DNA of 64,000 nucleotides from assembly GCA_963663865.1 (NCBI GenBank), contig OY760686.1:3088590-3152589 (forward strand), written 5' to 3'. The notes under the pieces were generated by a model, which worked only from the letters and a program-made list of their open reading frames with translations, was not told where the DNA came from and made no database searches. The translations under genes and the position numbers were made by a program. Positions 59,840-64,000 of the stretch are shown in pieces. Source of the stretch: Spirochaetota bacterium. Lineage in GTDB: Bacteria; Spirochaetota; UBA4802; UBA5550. Positions within the stretch are counted from its first letter, which is position 1. Each line of letters starts with the position of its first letter.

Positions 59840-60490
59840 ATGGAAGAATTGTTAGATTATATAATTGAAATACTGATGCCTCAAAGTGATTTTGTTCTTT
59901 ATATGTTTCTGCTTGTTTCAGCAATTCTTGAAAACATTATACCTCCAATCCCGGGTGATACGATTACGGCATTCGGCGCATTTCTTGCCGGTTCAGGGCG
60001 CCTGGGTTATGTTCAGGTTTTTTTAATTACAACTGCCGGAAGTGTTATCGGTTTTATGACGCTATTCTACTTTGGTAGAAAGCTCGAAAGACAGCATTTT
60101 ATTGAACGTGACTACCGTTTTTTTTCAGCGGCAAGTATAGTCAAGGCTGAGAATTGGTTCAGACGATACGGATACTTTGTTGTACTGATAAATAGATTCA
60201 TTCCTGGCATTAGATCCGTTGTTTCTCTCGTCTCTGGAATTTCCGGCTTAAAACCCGCTTATGTCCTTATCGTAAGTACAATCAGCGCTTCTATATGGAA
60301 TCTGATATGGATACAGGGTGGTTTTTTAATTGGAAGCGAGTGGAAATTGATCAAACAGAAAGTTAATAGCGTGCTTGAAAGCTACAGTTATTTTTTTATT
60401 ATTTTCGCGGCCTCTTTGTTTGCACTATTCGTTGTCTACAGAATGATAAGATTTTTTCTAAATAGAAATTTTTCCAGGAAGAACAAATAG
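59840..60490 (+). CDS. DedA/TVP38 family membrane protein
   Basis: IPPIPGDTITAFGAFLAGSG core motif, multiple TM. Confidence 0.7.
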   Translation: MEELLDYIIEILMPQSDFVLYMFLLVSAILENIIPPIPGDTITAFGAFLAGSGRLGYVQVFLITTAGSVIGFMTLFYFGRKLERQHFIERDYRFFSAASIVKAENWFRRYGYFVVLINRFIPGIRSVVSLVSGISGLKPAYVLIVSTISASIWNLIWIQGGFLIGSEWKLIKQKVNSVLESYSYFFIIFAASLFALFVVYRMIRFFLNRNFSRKNK

Positions 60491-60529
60491 AGCATTAACT
60501 ACAATTTTATACATTAGAACAAATCTCAT

Positions 60530-62017
60530 TTACCCCTTCTGGAGATTATCCCATTTTTCCCGAAGAGAAGTAGATATTTTTTTAAATTCTTCCCTGTTAT
60601 TGATTCCGAATGAAGCCAGTATGTCTTCATCCAGATAGTCATAATGATACTTTCTTGTTTCAATTCCGCAAATCATATTTGCCAGATAAACGGCATTGAC
60701 AACATCGCGATAATCCGGTCTACTTCTAAGCGGATCGTGATGACATTTAATTACCTCAACAAGGTATTCAGGGAAATTCCATCTTGACGCTATAAGTTCG
60801 CCTATTGCGCTATGGCTTATACCAATGGAAATTTCCTCCATAACCGTAGATGTAACGATTTTTCTATTTTTTACGGTTTCAGCTATTCTCTCAACCAGTT
60901 TAATATCTGTAGAAAGCAGCACTATCTTACCAAGATCATGAAGCAATCCGCCTATATAGGCGTTATCGCTTAGGCTGCTCTTTTTTTTAATCGAAGCTAT
61001 TATTCGTGCATAGAAGGCTGTTTTATTGCAATGTCCCCAGATCTCTTCGAAATTATCGTACCTCTGAGATAGTATCCTGCGGGAATTGCTTGCGAGGAGT
61101 ATAGAATACAGATTTTTCAAACCTATCGTCTTTACAGCATCAATCACCGTTTCCATTCGCCTTGATGAAACGAAACCGGCTGTATTTGAAAGCTTTATCA
61201 CATCAGCAACCAGAGCCGGATCCATCATAACCTTCTCGCAGATAATTTCAATGCTCGAATCAGGATCAAAACACATTTCCATTAAATCCAGTATATGTTC
61301 CGGAAATGTCGGAATTCCCTCAATACTGCTAATTATATCATTCTTAATTTGGCCAGTCCATTCTGGCGGTCTTAGATTTGAGGGAATTGTTAAAGCCGTC
61401 ACGGTGATTTTACCATCTGATGATATTGAGAAAAGGTCGGGATGAATACCCATATTCTTCAGGAACAGGATCGTGAGAACAATTCCAAGCCCGGCCCCCT
61501 CGCTGTCATCCTCTATCTCATCATAAGCCTCTGTAAAATCACTGAATTGTTTAGCCTTTTGTATTCTAAAGTTAATCCTGTTGAGTTCTTCAGGAATTAT
61601 CGGGCAATTGTTTTCTATATGAACTTTGAGGTCATTGTTATTAAACTCAAAAAAGACTTTAACATAATAGTCGCTGTTAGTTAAATCATCCTTTAATAAC
61701 TCAAACTCTCCTATAACTTCTTTTTTAAATCGCGCCATCCCGTTGAAGTAATCTTCCGGATTTCTTATATCAAGAGAATTTCTTGCAAAGAACACCCTCT
61801 TGCCATTTGCTTTGATTGCGTTTACTACCAATTCACGCAATATAGTCACAACTGAATTCAGAAGGAAAATATGATCCATTCTGGACAAACATTTAGCCAC
61901 AATACTGCCAATCGCCATTAAAATAGATGCGTCAGCGAACCTGAAGGACAGTGTCACTGGAATAGCTGCATCGATACGGCTAAATATTTCTCGTTTCTTT
62001 TCTTTATCCATAGTCAC
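60530..62017 (-). CDS. GHKL ATPase (SpoIIAB/RsbW-like) fused to HDOD domain signalling protein
   Basis: N-terminal ELVVNAIKA ... DSEGAGLGIVL (GHKL N and G boxes); C-terminal HDOD with GLLHDLGKIVL and HH motif; 17 bp downstream of lexA. Confidence 0.55.
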   Translation of the reverse strand: MTMDKEKKREIFSRIDAAIPVTLSFRFADASILMAIGSIVAKCLSRMDHIFLLNSVVTILRELVVNAIKANGKRVFFARNSLDIRNPEDYFNGMARFKKEVIGEFELLKDDLTNSDYYVKVFFEFNNNDLKVHIENNCPIIPEELNRINFRIQKAKQFSDFTEAYDEIEDDSEGAGLGIVLTILFLKNMGIHPDLFSISSDGKITVTALTIPSNLRPPEWTGQIKNDIISSIEGIPTFPEHILDLMEMCFDPDSSIEIICEKVMMDPALVADVIKLSNTAGFVSSRRMETVIDAVKTIGLKNLYSILLASNSRRILSQRYDNFEEIWGHCNKTAFYARIIASIKKKSSLSDNAYIGGLLHDLGKIVLLSTDIKLVERIAETVKNRKIVTSTVMEEISIGISHSAIGELIASRWNFPEYLVEVIKCHHDPLRSRPDYRDVVNAVYLANMICGIETRKYHYDYLDEDILASFGINNREEFKKISTSLREKWDNLQKG

Positions 62018-62034
62018 ACTATCACAAATAAGTC

Positions 62035-62679
62035 TTAATATGAGCGTATTACCGCAGCGAGTTTACCCAGAATTATGAGGTTTTCGACTATAATCGGGCT
62101 ATAATATCGGTTCATGGGCAGCAGAACAGGTTTTTCACCGCTCAAATCAATCTCTTTTAGCGTGGCCTCTTCATCAATCAAAGCAGCAACAATTTCCCCA
62201 TCGTCAGCAGTATTCTGTTTCCTTATCACTGCGATATCACCATCAAGGATTCCGCCTTCAATCATGGAATCTCCCCTGACATGAAGGGCAAACAAATCTC
62301 CGCCAGGCAAAAACGACCGGGAAAGTTTTATATAATCCTCAATATTTTCGTCTGCAATAACAGGCGCACCTGCTGCAATCCTACCCAGAAGCGGTATATT
62401 AACAATCGAATCCTCACCGGCGTCAGAATCAGAGCTTCCGTTCTCAACTATCACAATAGCCCTGGACTTCCCCTGCTCTGTCTTAATACAACCTTTCTTT
62501 TCAATCGCTTTAATATGATCATAAGCGCCTTTAACAGTTATGCCAAAATGATCACCGATCTCTCTAACAGTTGGCGGGAATCCGCAGTCTTTAATTGACT
62601 GCCTGATATAGTCAAATATGGCTTCCTGTTTTGCAGTTAACGCTCGAGCTTTTAACCTGCACTCTGTGGCTTTATTCAT
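62035..62679 (-). CDS. lexA: LexA repressor (S24 peptidase)
   Basis: N-terminal winged helix-turn-helix (LTAKQEAIFDYI...TVREIGDHFGI), cleavage site region, catalytic GDSM ... K; start at MNKATE with GGAG RBS. Confidence 0.8.
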   Translation of the reverse strand: MNKATECRLKARALTAKQEAIFDYIRQSIKDCGFPPTVREIGDHFGITVKGAYDHIKAIEKKGCIKTEQGKSRAIVIVENGSSDSDAGEDSIVNIPLLGRIAAGAPVIADENIEDYIKLSRSFLPGGDLFALHVRGDSMIEGGILDGDIAVIRKQNTADDGEIVAALIDEEATLKEIDLSGEKPVLLPMNRYYSPIIVENLIILGKLAAVIRSY

Positions 62680-62710
62680 TTGTTCACTCCTGAATATAAA
62701 TACTCCTCCT

Positions 62711-62739
62711 ATAATACCCAACGCATTAGTAGATGTCAA
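62711..62739 (-). promoter_or_regulatory. near-consensus sigma70 promoter of lexA (TTGACA-N17-TATTAT)
   Basis: Minus-strand TTGACA (62739-62734), 17-nt spacer, TATTAT (62716-62711), about 30 nt upstream of lexA ATG. Confidence 0.45.
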
Positions 62740-63068
62740 CATATATTAAGTACTCATTAAAGCTCAGGAGATATATTTAGAAATTATTATTTGAATAAAA
62801 TCATTATCGATGTTTATTCAGAAATTGGCCTGCGGGTTAAGTAAAGCATTAATTGCTCTATTTTTTTATCCTGTTATTTTTTTTCAATATTTTCTGTTTT
62901 GTATTCTTTATATAGAATATGTAATTTTGTTTATTTTCAACTTTTTTAACTGTAATTTTTTTTTATATAAATTCAAAGTGACATTTCTTTAATATTATTT
63001 ATTTTAAGTCAATGCCCTTGAGTCGTTGAGGTATCACACATTTTTTGGAGACCAATTTTTTTTACACC

Positions 63069-63908
63069 ATGACCAATGAACAAATAATTGCCAGTTATTA
63101 CAGATTTCTGAGTGTATCTCCCGACTCTACTGACAGGGCAATAACTGTTGCATACAAGAAACTTGCTTTAAAATATCACCCAGACAAGAATCCCGAAAGG
63201 GTCGACTGGGCTAACAAGGTTATGTCAGAATTAAACACGGCATACTCTGCAATAATGACACATAGATTTACATCCGAATCCGGGAAAACTGACCTCCCAA
63301 AAAAGGAAAGCGCTCAGACTGTAAAGAAAGAATCAGTTAAAAAACAAATGCTTCATCCAGATGAAGCGCTCAGGCTCTTCGTTAAGTACAGAGAGTCAGT
63401 TAACGAATCTCTTTACAGATATTTTCAATATAGCCTTTACAATCTACCAAGAAGAGAATCAATATCTAATCAGGCTATTTTCTCACGGATTGTTTTTAAC
63501 CTCAGGAAATGCTATCATAACGTAAAGCGCCTTATAGAGTTAACCACAGATCAGGAGATATCCGATCACTGTCATGTTTTTATTAAAATGATATTTCTTT
63601 TTTATAAAGCCTCAGAATGTCTCAATATCAACGATTCATACAGAAATATTCTTGATGTAAAGGCTTTCAGGGAATACCGATCAGCAGATGAATTTTTACA
63701 TCACGCACAGAAGGAGTTGTTCTATGACCGCCACAATCGCGGGGTTCTCAAAAGACAGAATGTAGCAACTAATCTGACAAAGGCACTAACTGGATTTAAC
63801 TCTGTTCTGACAGGGCATCCTCAGTCTAGCTGGACAGTGGAAGCAGATATCAAATTCGAATATACTAAAACTTTGACCGCATACTACGATCTGTTCTTCC
63901 CCATATAA
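63069..63908 (+). CDS. J-domain (DnaJ-like) protein with unrelated C-terminal domain
   Basis: AYKKLALKYHPDKNPER J-domain HPD motif; track ORF begins at an upstream TTG, ATG at 63069 preferred. Confidence 0.6.
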   Translation: MTNEQIIASYYRFLSVSPDSTDRAITVAYKKLALKYHPDKNPERVDWANKVMSELNTAYSAIMTHRFTSESGKTDLPKKESAQTVKKESVKKQMLHPDEALRLFVKYRESVNESLYRYFQYSLYNLPRRESISNQAIFSRIVFNLRKCYHNVKRLIELTTDQEISDHCHVFIKMIFLFYKASECLNINDSYRNILDVKAFREYRSADEFLHHAQKELFYDRHNRGVLKRQNVATNLTKALTGFNSVLTGHPQSSWTVEADIKFEYTKTLTAYYDLFFPI

Positions 63909-64000
63909 TTTGTTTACTAACCGACTAATTTAACCGAAAATGAAATTATTATGAAATACAAATATAAATTTACAGCACTCTGCACATTAATCCTGGTAAC

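Noticed and set aside
62810-62992. 60-aa ORF MFIQKLACGLSKALIALFFYPVIFF...
   Set aside because: Sits in an AT-rich low-complexity intergenic region (poly-T runs); codon composition is dominated by F/I/L from AT bias; no RBS.

Overview
This 64 kb window is a chromosomal segment from a moderate-GC bacterium. The taxon cannot be assigned from sequence alone. Several blocks of gene order resemble Firmicutes chromosomes: rpsP / KH protein / rimM / trmD / rplS / rnhB / ylqG-like / ylqH-like; yacL-like; carD; and a yhaO/yhaN-like nuclease-ATPase pair. Predicted outer-membrane beta-barrel proteins indicate a diderm envelope.

Housekeeping genes recognised:
- Cell envelope and stress: PBP1A, HtrA, thioredoxin.
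- Translation: the ribosomal cluster rpsP, KH protein, rimM, trmD, rplS, then rnhB and the CCA-adding enzyme.
- Central metabolism: rpe, rpiB, coaX and GTP-dependent PEP carboxykinase.
- Regulation: LexA.
- An unannotated tmRNA (ssrA) with tag peptide ANDNFALAA is readable at 15018-15367. A spurious track ORF overlaps it.

Accessory content:
1. A 1113-aa protein without a signal peptide carries two discoidin-like domains followed by about 16 tandem 32-aa phage-tail-fibre-like repeats. These are encoded by near-identical 96-bp DNA repeats.
2. A four-gene minus-strand operon encodes a lamin-tail-domain protein, two predicted outer-membrane barrels and, after a gap, a degenerate Ala-rich flagellin-like protein. 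One barrel carries a C-terminal ComEA-like helix-hairpin-helix domain.
3. An AT-rich islet holds an IS200/RAYT-type Y1 transposase, which is interrupted by microsatellite-like repeats and a perfect palindrome. It also holds a VapBC toxin-antitoxin pair and a small Cys-rich secreted protein.
4. Immediately after that islet lies a family-1 encapsulin operon. A ferritin-like cargo carries a C-terminal DLGIGSLK targeting peptide, followed by the HK97-fold shell gene and a clean terminator.
5. A large protein has a metallo-beta-lactamase (MBL) fold hydrolase core plus two cyclic-nucleotide-binding domains.
6. An SbcD-like phosphoesterase is paired with an SMC/Rad50-like ATPase whose coiled-coil apex is replaced by a transmembrane hairpin. 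TPR and J-domain/LRR genes follow.
7. A 570-bp AT-rich intergenic region contains five TTATCAAC(A/T) DnaA-box-like repeats.
8. A lexA operon co-encodes a GHKL-ATPase/HDOD fusion.

No CRISPR array, rRNA or canonical tRNA was found. All domain calls are by-eye motif recognition without database searches.
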